Under the pieces are notes generated by a model. That model ran no database searches. It had not been told where the DNA came from and saw only the letters and a list, made by a program, of their open reading frames with translations. DNA of 59,113 nucleotides, filler included, from Globobulimina sp. (lineage: Eukaryota): NCBI GenBank assembly GCA_003354225.1. It is 9 parts of 9 records of this genome, joined end to end, with 100 filler letters (N's around TTAATTAATTAA, not from the genome) between each part and the next. Parts side by side here need not be neighbours in the genome. Positions count along the whole stretch, not along the records: positions 26,411 to 32,883 come from PIVH01000287.1; positions 32,984 to 39,450 come from PIVH01000288.1; positions 39,551 to 46,013 come from PIVH01000289.1; 6 more parts are not named here. The stretch is one strand, 5' to 3'. Each line of letters starts with the position of its first letter. Positions within the stretch are counted from its first letter, which is position 1. Made by a program: the position numbers and the translations under genes. Below are positions 30,507 through 42,900 of this stretch, one piece after another.

Positions 30507-31439
30507 ATGACAGGATATAAAATTATAGCAGTTGAGGAAGGTTATGATGAAACAAGACATTTAGTAAGAATCATTTGTATTTTTATTGCATTGACATCAA
30601 ATTTGTATTTATTAGGATTTATTGCATCCAAAGTTATCAAAAAACAAAAACAATTCAATGTCATCTTAGCAACTGCTGTGGTTTGTATTTCATGTTCAAC
30701 ATTGGCTGCATTGTATAATTTATCATATCGTTTCGTGATCAATACCGGTGGCTGTCGCGTATCAGATATCATTGAAGAATTTATCATTGCCATTGCACGC
30801 TCCGTTTTATTATTATTTTATGTTATTATGGTAACAAAAGTCTTTGAAAACACCAAACAAGCCGTTGATGATAATGTGAAACACTGTATGTTTGGTGTTA
30901 TTATTGCAGTACATATGATATTATTGCCATGCATTTATATTACAAGACAAGAAGGTGAGGCAATGCAGACTCGAACGTATGGTGTTTATTGTCGTAATAA
31001 GATGGAAGGTGGCTGGACTGTTACTGCTGTGGTCTTATATCACATTGTTGATTTTGCAATTACTATTATTTTATGTGGATTGTTTTTGCATAAATTATTA
31101 AATTTATTGGAGGATTTACAGGATCATAACGATGGCGATGAAGAAGATGACTCTGATGAGCATGTACAACAAACAAAGGCAACCGATCAATTAATGAAAT
31201 TGATCAGAAAGGTAATGATATTGATGTTTGTTAGCGTTGTGTCATCCTGGTTTATTATATTTGGTGGAAGAATGGATAGAGAGAGTGAGACATTCCTGAG
31301 ATGGATTTATCCCATCGACTATGTTGTCAATGGATGGTGTATCTTTTTATTTTTTGATTGGGGTAAATTTGAGTGTTTATGTTTAACGGACGATACTGTA
31401 ACAAATAAAAAAGATGTTGAACAAAATGAAACAAACTAA
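30507..31439 (+). CDS. Seven-transmembrane (GPCR-like) protein
   Basis: Seven hydrophobic segments, Cys at the start of TM3 and in the second extracellular loop (GVYC), acidic third intracellular loop, IYPIDYVVNGWC in TM7. Confidence 0.7.
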   Translation: MTGYKIIAVEEGYDETRHLVRIICIFIALTSNLYLLGFIASKVIKKQKQFNVILATAVVCISCSTLAALYNLSYRFVINTGGCRVSDIIEEFIIAIARSVLLLFYVIMVTKVFENTKQAVDDNVKHCMFGVIIAVHMILLPCIYITRQEGEAMQTRTYGVYCRNKMEGGWTVTAVVLYHIVDFAITIILCGLFLHKLLNLLEDLQDHNDGDEEDDSDEHVQQTKATDQLMKLIRKVMILMFVSVVSSWFIIFGGRMDRESETFLRWIYPIDYVVNGWCIFLFFDWGKFECLCLTDDTVTNKKDVEQNETN

Positions 31440-31570
31440 GCAATTACCATCTCATTGTGTTGTTTCATAACAGACAAAGTGTAATTTAATTAAATCTGAT
31501 TTATAAAAACAAAATTAACCAAAACCCCGATTGTATTTCCGTGACTACACAAAATATTTAGAAACACATC

Positions 31571-32435
31571 ATGATGTCAGCAGCGTTGCAAATGGAAACT
31601 AAAGCTAATAAAACACAGAGACGGTCGAAATCAGAACCGTATAGCAACTTTCATTCAGACTGCAATGATAACCTAATATTCAATAACAAACACATCGACA
31701 CTGCTTCATTAGGTATATGTTATGTGGTTGATTAACTTTTTGTTATTTCATCCAATCAGAATTTGTTAGGTTTGCGTCAGCTCAAAGCTAAAATGTCAAT
31801 GAAAAACAAAGACATTGATAAAGATGATATTAAAGAATATTCACCTCCGTCTAAGCCACCAATACACCCACAAAATGAGAACGAATTACACAAAATCCCA
31901 GTAATATCCAATCAATATTCGACATGTAATCTATTTGTACATGGCTTCATACGTAGCACAGTAACAACTGTCATAATAAAAATCAAGCGCATTAAACATA
32001 AAACACTGGAATATATTGCAAAAATCATCGAAAACTACAGCTACAAATCGCTGATTATTTCACCACATGAAATCAAAGAATTATATCCAAAATCTGAGTT
32101 TTTATACAATTACGTTGTGATTGAGGAAAATGGTATATTGACTACAAGAAACCAGGGAATTATTTCAATTCAATGCTTTGATATTATATTGCATAAAACC
32201 GCCACTTTACATTTGAATGCAAAGGGATATAATGGTGGCTTACCAGAAAGACAAGGCGGTTCATACACTGGTTTGCTTAATATATCTTCAAACATCTCCG
32301 AATATATATATTTGTGTGCTTGATTTTATCAGGAAACCAGGGTGTTTTTACTGCGTCGAAAGAGGCAAATTATGGAGGCGGTGGCGGTGGGATATTGTTT
32401 GGCGGCGGAGGTGGATATGGAAGCAAAGGAGATAC
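31571..32435 (+). CDS. Host gene of unknown function with Gly-rich (GGGGG..GGGGGYG) region, truncated by a bacterial-type segment; introns ~31713-31769 and ~32271-32332
   Basis: Phase-compatible GT-AG introns link MMSAALQ..., LRQLKAK...LNAKGYNGG and GNQGVF...YGGGGGGILFGGGGGYGSKG. Confidence 0.5.
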
Positions 32436-32883
32436 TTCTTTCGTTCCTAATCCGTAACTTCCTGCGACGCCTGGTACACCCATATCTTCGCCATCGACAA
32501 ATAGCAGATCAATACCTATATCAACGGGATTATTGGCCAGTAATTCTGCAATTGTCATAAGAACAGCGATGCCGCTTGCCCCGTCATTTGCACCAATAAT
32601 CGGTGTATTCTGATTCTCTTTTATCGTATCCATATCGGCAATTTCTCGAGTATCCCAATGAGCCAGGAGCATTATCCGCATTTCAACAGCGGGATTATAT
32701 CTGGCCAGAAAATTGGATAGAATAACAGTATCGCCATGCATGGGGTGGATGACGGGAGTTTTATACTCCTTGAATTCATCACACAGGGGCGGCAAAAAAC
32801 TTGTAAAAAGCTTTATCATCTCACCATGTCCCTGGCTGCCTGGATACCGTGGACCAAAATCACATTGGGTTTGAAGATGTTTG
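32436..32883 (-). CDS. Bacterial-type M28 peptidase / glutaminyl cyclase fragment
   Basis: QCDFGPRYPGSQGH, LLAHWDTR, GANDGASGIAVL, IDLLFVDGEDMG, YGLGT; no introns; higher GC; truncated at both ends. Confidence 0.85.
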
Positions 32884-32983
32884 NNNNNNNNNNNNNNNNN
32901 NNNNNNNNNNNNNNNNNNNNNNNNNNNTTAATTAATTAANNNNNNNNNNNNNNNNNNNNNNNNNNNNNNNNNNNNNNNNNNNN

Positions 32984-33926
32984 CATTCCAACCAATCAAC
33001 AGCATGCAAACAAGATAAGTTTAATTTTGATTTTTCACATTTAGGCAGTTTAAGTTTATCAGATGAAGAATTTGGTGATGTACTGATTGATTCCATTGTT
33101 GATGAAGATAAACTGGCATACAATTCGAAATTATTTCAATCTGACAGACAAAAACGAACTAGTTCATTTATAACTGCCTCGCATAAAAAACCCAGTGTAA
33201 ACTCAATGGAATTACTGAGCAAAGCACATAAATTAACCGATAAAAATGTATATGTTCGCAAACAAAAACCAAAAGCAAATACAACAAAAGTAAACAAATC
33301 TGAACCTGAACGGATTGCATCAACCATTGTTGAAGAAAAAATAGTTCCGAAAAAGCCAAAGCAGCAAATTACAACCAAGATCACTGAAAAACCAGTTATG
33401 ATTTCAGGAATTGAGAAACGAGAGTCTTTATTGCAAATTCGACAAAGAAAAAATAAGGAGATTACACCAAAAATTGGAACAAAAAGTGCAGAGACAGATG
33501 GTGGTGATAATAAATATGATGTCGGCATCGTGGATGAAGAGCAAGAGGTTAATCATTCATATCCAAAGAGTGATTTGTTCGAAACTAAAGAAGCGAAGCC
33601 CAAGAATGAAGATGCAGGCAATCGTGAGAAAAATAAGGTTGTTGCTGATGATCCTAAAAATGTACATGCTTATCCAAAAAGTGATTTATTTTCGGTTAAA
33701 GGCATTAATGGCAACAATAATATGGGACAATCGTTATCTTGGACAATCCGTATGTAAAATAATATATACTATGTGTGTACATATAATTAACGTGTTGTGG
33801 TTTGTTTTTGTTTGTAATACAGCTGTGAATGAGAAAGGAAAACAGAGTAAAGTGCCGTCACGTTTTACAAAGAATTTAAGAAAAACTGCGAACAACAAAC
33901 TCAAGAAACCAATATGGCGCCATTAA
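32984..33926 (+). CDS. 3' part of a low-complexity hypothetical protein (5' truncated; probably spliced near 33750-33821)
   Basis: K/E/S-rich reading frame; repeated H.YPKSDLF motif. Confidence 0.4.
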
Positions 33927-34135
33927 CTTATTCTATTTGTAATAATTGTTTGTTTGAATTTGCTATGATGCTACATTAACATATATAAATTGCAATATTG
34001 TGAACGGATATATATATATATATATATTTAGCACAGTTGTACTTCCCCTTTCTCATTTTGTATGAAATACACAGAACAACGTTTGGTTTTTGTTACTGGT
34101 GAATCTAACAAAGTTTTTGCCGTAAATCCATCATA

Positions 34136-37100
34136 ATGGCAAATAATGTCCATGTTGGTTTGCTATATTAATATTATCTTCATGCAGATGTAAAAATATA
34201 TTTTTTACAGCAATCAACAGAAATAGAACGAGCACGAGATAGACTCGAACGATTATCTTGGACAATTGGTTCAAAATGCATAGTATTTTCAAGTTTACAG
34301 AATGGCTGGTTTTTTGCTGAAATTATTAAAATACATAATGACGATGAAGGTGAATGGTTAACTGTCAAATATATGGATAATAATATTATCACAAAAAAAA
34401 TACAACGATTTAGTAAGGAAATATTACCGGTTTATCATGATAAAAATATTAAACCTAAATACAATAAATTAATCAATACAGATAAAAATGTTGTTATTCG
34501 AGCAATATCCGATGTATTGGATGCGGAGGAAATTAATCAAATTGTGAACAGAATAAATTCTGCAAAATCACAGGTTTGTTTCTCACAAAACATATAATTA
34601 AACACGAAAACGATATATATACTGTATACACTGTAGAAAGCACACGAAAGTATTTTGGAGACATTAGGTATTAATACAGATGAGTATGATATTGATGAAT
34701 TATTTGAGGCGGAGAATATCAAAAAAAAAGGTGATTGTTGCTTAGAGAGAGTGCGCTGTATCTCATTAATTTATTGTTCGTGGATTGATATTAAAAATGA
34801 AGAACGCAAAGATGAGAATGAAATTGATGACATTTTTGACATTATTAATAATTCATTATCCCAACAATACACATTTGCGAATTTCATCAAAGATTATAAA
34901 TTTATAATGAAAAATAAGCAAATTTTAGGTTTTGATGATGACGAAAAGAATACGAATAAGAATATTTGTGATGGCGATAAATGTTTTATTGGTGGCAGAC
35001 ATGAAAGGGATCGCGCACTTTTGTCAAAAGATTTATTTTTCAGTGCCGCCTTAAATGTATTTAATGATCACAACGATACCGATGCATCCATAAAATCAAT
35101 GGTAAGCCAGCAAATATTGGATTCGTGCCATTCTTTTTTATATCATACATTGCGAATAAATGTAAATCAAATTAGGAGGGAAATGGATAAGAAAGTGAAT
35201 GAGAATGATATAACAGACATGGATGAATTGTTACAATTATGTCATGATAGCGTAGCGGTTGAATTTCGAAAATATTTGGATTTAAAAAAAAAAGATGCGA
35301 GATATCGTATAAACGAAGAACGCGGCAAACAATTTAGTAAATTTGTAACGAAGAAAATAAATAAAAAATCAGCAACAACCGAATTGAATGAGGCAGTTAG
35401 TGGTGGTTTTATTGACGGATTAATGGAGGAAATGGGTAAATATCGAGTAAATAAAGCCGTAATGAATGATTTTTATACGTATTTAATGGATGAAGAGTGG
35501 GACAGCGATGCCGTAATTATGGATTATACAAATATTGATATTATGAATGATGATTTAATTAAATATGTGTTATGGCAGAATAATGACTCACTCATTCAAC
35601 AAATTTATAAAATATTGGCAAAGAAACATAATTCTAAATGTGATATGCAAATATTTGAGGATTATTTGACTGATTTTTTGAATATTAATAGCCAGTATTC
35701 ATCCGGCATTCGCTTCTTTTATTGGACATATTATAAACACATCACTGATAATGAAAATATTTTATACAAAAGAAAAGATGGCCAAAATAGGACAGAATCG
35801 AATATCGGATATCGTATTTGTGATTGGTACATTCCAGCCAAATATGCGTCATTTAAAGAGGAGATGCTTGAAAATGGCTTTTTTTTGGAACAATGGATGG
35901 AAACCAAAGAAAAAGCAACAATGAAATATCAAGTCTGGAAAGAAGATGAAGAGGAAATTACATGTGAATGGAGAGCACAAAATACAGCAAATAAGTATTT
36001 ACATACATATGGCATAAAAAAAGGTGAATTAATTAGAATGGATCATATAATGAGTATCCTTTTTTACACTAATTTTAGTGAGCAATCATTTAATTTCTCA
36101 GCCAGTTTCCGAAGAAATCAATGGAATGAATCGGATGTCTCATTTAAAAAAAGACATTCATGTTTCGCAAACTGGGCGAGATTATTAAGAGAAAGCATTG
36201 AATGCTATGGCACCAATATGTATTATTCAACAGTAGATATTTTTTATCATGGCATTGGTAAAGAATTTATATTTGAAGGCACTACTTTTAAAATATTTGG
36301 GCCTTTGTCTACCACTGCCGGTTTGACTTTTATTTTATTCATTATTTGTAAATGATAAATAATTAAACAGAGTTTGAAGTGGCTCATGGAAGATTTGCAA
36401 AGGATGATGGGATGGTGGTTGATATTCTAAATCTTAAATATGGACAGGCACTCTGGAATTGTGTGTTTTGGAGTGATTATCAAGAAGAAAATGAGAGATT
36501 ATTCGTGGGCTCATTGCAATGGTTTTATTTTAAATCAATTCATGATATTCCGCTGAAATTGGATTATGAAAAATTAATCCGACCCATATCTATGTTAAGT
36601 GAGATGATTCGTGGATATCCATTCAAACAATGTGCAATAAAGAATTGCGATGTTGTATGTGTTGCTGAATTAATTGGTTTGGGATTGGGATCACATTCAT
36701 CATCATCACAGACATTGAGTAAAATACCAATTTATATGCAAAGACTATTCAAAAATATGATTAATAATGTTTATAATGTTCAAATAAATATGTTTAATAT
36801 CAATAGACATAAAGAAGGTGCAATGTATAGTCAATATGGTTATTTATTATTTAAACCATTGTTTATCTCGTCCGAATGCATTATGTTTAGTAAAATATTA
36901 CATTTATTTAAACATAAATTGCAATATATTATTGTATATAATCTAATGAGACCTCCATCATTTGATAAATCAATCGAATTAAATCCATCATTTACATCAT
37001 CAACAATATCAGCCATAACAGAGATCAATGAATCAGGTAAATTACAAAGTACATTTAAAGAGATTATTATAGTAAATCCAATTAATAATATATCAACATT

Positions 37101-37218
37101 TATAAATGAAAATCAATCCTTATATAATAAACATGGATGGACATTGCAGCAAAAAATTTATTATCATATTCAACGTAATGCAAATTGTAAAAATACCTTA
37201 TTTATTACACCATTGTAA
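34136..37218 (+). CDS. Multi-exon protein with N-terminal Tudor/Agenet-like segment and C-terminal ADP-ribosyltransferase-like motifs; introns ~34154-34210, 34574-34636, 36321-36370
   Basis: Phase-compatible GT-AG introns join ORFs 34373, 34655 and 36379. WTIGSKCIVFS...WFFAEIIKI..EGEWLTVKY; FYHGI...PLSTT..VAHGRF...SDYQEENERLF. Confidence 0.6.
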
Positions 37219-37284
37219 AAAGAGTTTTTTGTTTTGTTTTTTTAATTTTTAAAGTCAAAAACTCGCAAATCACAAACAAAACCA

Positions 37285-39121
37285 ATGGCAGCTAAAGAAA
37301 ACCTCACCGAATATATAAACTTATCGCAAGAGAATGTAGAAGAAGCATTCAATGAAAACCAAACCAACACCGAAATGACCGAAACCAACAAAGCTGAAGA
37401 AAAAGCAGAAGAAGAAGAGAAGTATGCCATTAAAAAAGAAGCAGAGGCAGAAGAAAAAAAAGAAGCAGACACACGCTTAATTCATCGGATCTTAGATCGC
37501 GACCAAACAGTCCCTAAAAAAGTGCACAACAAAGACCCAAATCACACATTAAACTCCGTGGACAAAGCGTGGAAATATAACATGACTTTGGGCGACTTGG
37601 AACTACGTACCATCACTCACTATGACGGCACGCAAGAAACCCTCTGGTTTCCCATGGAGCAATATCCCAAAGATTACCATCTCTCCGCCGACAATGACCA
37701 AAAAAAGAAGAAGAAAAAAGAAACGCCGCCCAGAAAAGTCTTCGTGGCATTGAAAGTAAAACGTGTCTCCGCTGTCGACAACATCGCCGAAACAGTTAAC
37801 CAAATAAATCCCCACATTCCATTCATGCGATTTTGCGTATAAACTGGCAATCCAATCAAAACAGTTCCGAATGCGCTTCCATATGTACTTCAATTGGCTT
37901 CCCAGCGAAAGCGACTACAAATCCTATTATCGCGCGCAGAAAGAGGCGAAAAGCCGCAACGACCCCACTTTGTTGATCGAGTGGGAGCCGCGCTGGTACC
38001 CACACTTGGAATTTCAAAACATGATCGAAGAGCACACGCGCGAATGGGAGGAGTATCCGGAAGAGGGCCGCTTCCGCATCCAGAGTTTCAAGGACTTCGG
38101 CCAGGACAAAAAGGACGTCTTCAGCTCCGACGCGCAATTCGACTGCAAAAAGGCCAAGTTTTTGCGCGCCAAATTGGAGTGCGAGATGACGTTCGCTGAG
38201 GAGTTGGAACTGCAAAGCTTCCCCTTCGACTGCCAGGATTTGTCGTGCATTATCCACGAACGCACGACGGGCGGCGTGCGGTGCGTGTTTTTGCCGGAAT
38301 TCAGGAAACCGAATTTCGGCTCCATCGACCCGCGCTACTCCGTCATCGACGAATGGGACTTAGAAACCGCGATCATTGAGTTTGGCGACGCGGACCCGGC
38401 GGCGTCGCGGAGCAAGTCGTCGTATGCTATGATTGTGTTGCGGTTGAAAGTGAAGCGGCGATGGAAAGTGTTCTTCGCCAATATCGTGTTTTTGATGGCC
38501 TGCATCTCGGTGTTGGCGCTGACTGCGTTTAGTTTGTCTGCCGACGACTTGGGCGATCGCTTGAATTTGCTGATCACTTTGATATTAACTGCGGTGGCTT
38601 TCAGTTATGTGGTGTTTGACAGTTTGCCCAATGTGCCGTATTTGACGTTTATGGACAAATATATCTTGGGCTCGTACGCCTTTTTGGTGTCGTTGATGAT
38701 CGAAACCGCCATGTTGCGGCAGAGCTGGTTCTCGGAGGAGGCGGATACGGTGATTTTTTATGTGTGCATTGCGTGGCTGTTTGCCTATAACTGCGCGTTT
38801 GCGTGCTATGGGTGGTATTTACGGCGCGATGAGTCTGAGAAATTGCAGTTTAATTCGGATCAGATTGAGCGGGAAGTGAACTTATCGCGGCCCGGCTTGC
38901 GGTTTGATTATACCAAACGAATGAGATCGGGCATCGATGGCAGGTTGTTGTCGTTTGTGGGCTATACGGTGGCGTCGCATCATATGGATGACAAACAGAA
39001 GGCAGTGCTCATGAAGAAACAGGGCGAAATGGATAAGTTGTATCAACAGCAAACCACGAGACATGGCTATGATGCTTCGGAAATACCGGAATCTCCGCTC
39101 GTTGTGGCGCAAAACAAATAA
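37285..39121 (+). CDS. Pentameric ligand-gated ion channel subunit (Cys-less / Pro-loop); intron 37795-37864
   Basis: VSAVDNIAET|FRMRFHMYFNW, WYPHLEFQN, LQSFPFDCQDL, four TM helices, SLPNVPYLTFMDKY; a phase-0 intron joins the two ORFs. Confidence 0.88.
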
Positions 39122-39399
39122 TTTAAAAACCAGTAAATAATTTTGATCTGATCCGTTAAATTGTTTTTTGTGTTTGTAGTTTTTCTGTTTGTTAATTAAC
39201 TAATTTGCTATCGATATTTCTATTTCTTGTGCATGGTGCATTTTGTTGTTAAATTCATTTTGATTGATTACATTTACAGAGCGAAACTGCTAAAATACTG
39301 CTAAAATACTGCCGATAAATTGAGCTAGAATGCGAGGGGGGGTGTTGTGGAGAGGAGGTGGTGTGGTGGTGTGGTGCGTGTGGTGGTGTAGAGCGAATT

Positions 39400-39434
<35 letters not shown>

Positions 39435-39931
39435 TTTTTTTTTTTAATTTNNNNNNNNNNNNNNNNNNNNNNNNNNNNNNNNNNNNNNNNNNNNTTAATT
39501 AATTAANNNNNNNNNNNNNNNNNNNNNNNNNNNNNNNNNNNNNNNNNNNNCGTATCAAAACAATATTCGGTATACTAGGTTTTGCTGAACAGTATCTTAT
39601 ATATTGTTTTGGAATATTGTAAAACTTGGACTTTTTTCAGAGTCCATTTAAACAGTGTCATAAACAAACTGTTGCTAGAAATCATTGTTTGTAGTTTGTT
39701 TTTGCATAAATAAAAACAATATACAAACAAACAAGCCAAATTTTCACCTGAGTTTTCTAAACAATCTGTTACCTATTGTTTTTACATAATTAAAACAGAC
39801 TTGCATACAAAAACTCATATATAAAACAATATTTTATTACACAGAAACATTCATGGGATGACATAGTGATTTGAAAGCAAACAAGTTGATCATATACGCA
39901 TAACAAATATTATTTTATATCTAAAATTAAA

Positions 39932-42900
39932 TTAAAAAAACATAAATTTGTCAGGAGGTTTTCTGAAATTCAGAAATATTTCAGAAGATGTAACAAATTC
40001 TTTATCTGGAGCCTTTCTTAATTCTGCACCATTCAAATCCATTTCTTTAATTTCAACACAAAGGTTTGCTTTATCTGGAGGTTTCCTTAAATGTATACCA
40101 GACACATCATATCCATTCCAACCTATTCCCACCATTTCAACACTAATCTCTGGCATCTTATGTAATCGAACTGGATTTACCATATCATTATGAGTACACA
40201 TATCTGCCCAAATTGATTTGATTTGAACAAATTGTATTAATTTTTGAGTGACTTTCTGTGAAATTAAATGAATAATAAAATCCTCGATATGTTCTTCTGT
40301 AAAAATGTGGGTGTTATATATATCCAACAAAGATCCATGCAATTTAAATAAAATATTGAGATTGGATACTAATTGTTTATGCGTTTTAAACTTTAATATT
40401 TGATTTATTAAAATCCGCAAATTATTAACTGCGCACTGATTTGACGTACTGCATAATTTGTACAGTTCATAATCAATAGCATTTATTGTACACATCAAAT
40501 TCATACATTTCGTTTCATCTGAAAACAAATCAAATCTTTTTAGAATTAGCATTGCTTTCTCAACCCATGGAATTTGCAGTTTCGTAATACCTGATAAATA
40601 CTCAATGTGATTTGTATGAGCAGTGACAGTGTATGATTTGTAACCACCATTCATATACTGATTATTTTCTTGATTTCTATTTTGGAGTAAAAGTGGATTC
40701 TGAGAATTACGCAGTGAACAAATACGATCCGATTGAATATGATATATTTTTGATGGCGTCAATAATGATTTGATTTTATTCTTTTTTGCAATTGTTAACA
40801 ATTGAGCTAATTTGTCATTATCTATCTCTTTAACTGCAAATATTTTCTGATGTAAAAAACAAGTATCATTTAATACTTTTTTTACAACAGACGGTGCTTG
40901 AAATACTTCATCTAAATAGCCAACAGCGCCCAACGTCTGTAATATTTCGTGTGATAATAGTCTTTCTACACTAATTTCAGTTGCTTCGCTATTTTCGATA
41001 TTGACAAATATCTCGCTTCTTAATTTCGGGAAAGAATTTTGAATTCGCAACATTTTGGTCCAGTCATCATCTGTTGAACATACAAATGCAAAAAAAAGAG
41101 AAGGCGTAATTGCATTATTCAAATATTTGGAATATAACGGGTTAGATGGAATAATTACTTCAAATAATGGCCCATGTACATCTTGCTGAAAATTATGTTG
41201 GTTTTTTTCTTTCCATTCGCAATAGGCATTAAGTGCAATATAATTAACCGTTGCCACATAATTAGAATTATCCTGATCGTCATCATATACTGTATAGTCA
41301 AACACCTTCATTTGATCATCATTGTTGTCTTCACTGTAATCATCATTATTATTGTAATCATTATTAGCTTTGTTGCAATCATTGTTGTTGTCATCATCAT
41401 CATTGTTGTTGTTGTCATCTTGCTCTGAATCCTTTTGTTTCTTGTTGACAGACAAGAATTGCAATTCGACATATTTTTTAACAAAAAGATTAAATTGATC
41501 GTAGAGTGTAATACATTCAATTTGTTGCATAGCATCATTCATTTGGTTAAAGTCTTTAATAAGATAATGATTTGCATACCATATCGTTTTCATCATGCTG
41601 CACATATTCCAATTACATAAAACAGAAACTGTTTTTGGAATTATTTGTTTGTCATAGTTATTTACTATGCCTTGATTGTTTGTAAATTTTACTAAATAAT
41701 ATACATCACTGCTTGTTTTATGTATAAATTCACAAAAAAATATCATATTAATATATGGTGTCTCGCGGAAAGAATATAAATATTTTGTATTTTGAATTGC
41801 TTTCTTTGTATAGTCTCGGTCAAAATCTTGTGGATAGACAGCAAACATAGATTCATTAAAAATGATTTTTCCACATTCTACAATAGAGAGCTGTGCGGAT
41901 TCGCCATTAAAATCATATTTAAATGGTTCAATCTTTTCTTCGCTTAATATTGATATGGACTGTGGTTTTTTTTTGGGTTTTGGTGTTGGTGTTGCAGATT
42001 TGGAAGATGTTTTTTTAGATTGGGACAGATATCGATATTGTAATGGTTTATATTCTACCTTTGGTTTCCATTCTTTTGGTTTCTGTGGTATAAACCGTTT
42101 GCCATAAAGTTGAGTGTCCGGAATAAACTGTTTATCCATCCAAATATTGTCTAATTTATTATTCACCGTCATCGCTGTAATTTGCTTTAATGCTTCGCGG
42201 GGATTTGATAAATTTATTTCTTGTAATAATGTCGGAAATGTGATGCTGACTTTTGTTACAAATTTTGTAACGCCTGGGAATGATAACGTTGACAGAAACT
42301 CATTTTGAATGGATTTATTCTTTTTTCGCTTATTTTCATCTGCAATTTTAAGATTCTTGCCTGTATGCTTGTACTTGGCTACCCACTTTTTGGGCCATTG
42401 AGTTCGTTCTGTACTTTTGGAGCCAGGCATTTTTCGTAATTGACTAATTATTTGTCTACTAAATTCAACAACGACCGGTAATTTCCTTTCTAATTCTGTT
42501 TTTGTACCGTCCATTTTATCAATTTCTGCGAAAAGAACTTCTCTGTCAGGTGCTACGTTATCGGTTACTTTCTCCTTATATGTTGTGTCACTTTCAACAA
42601 ACACTAAAAAGTGTTGTGTTTTATTCGTAACAAACGTCCATCTCCCGACCATATGAGCATGTGTGAATTTGTTATCTACATGTATCGCTTTAAATATTTT
42701 ATCATTGGCACGATTCTCTGTACATTAAACAAATAAGTGATACACGAAATTTTTTCGCAAGACCGAAAGCAAACAAAACTTGGATATATTGATGAATAAT
42801 TGATTTTTATAGTTTCATTTTCTTCATTTATAATATTTAAGATTTCAATATCGTCATCAGTATGAAGCTCAGAGGCACCATCAATGTTACTGTCTGGAAT

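Noticed and set aside
39335-39450. GTG-rich tract and long poly-T as a telomere or retroposon tail
   Set aside because: No regular telomeric unit or target duplication; low-complexity contig end.
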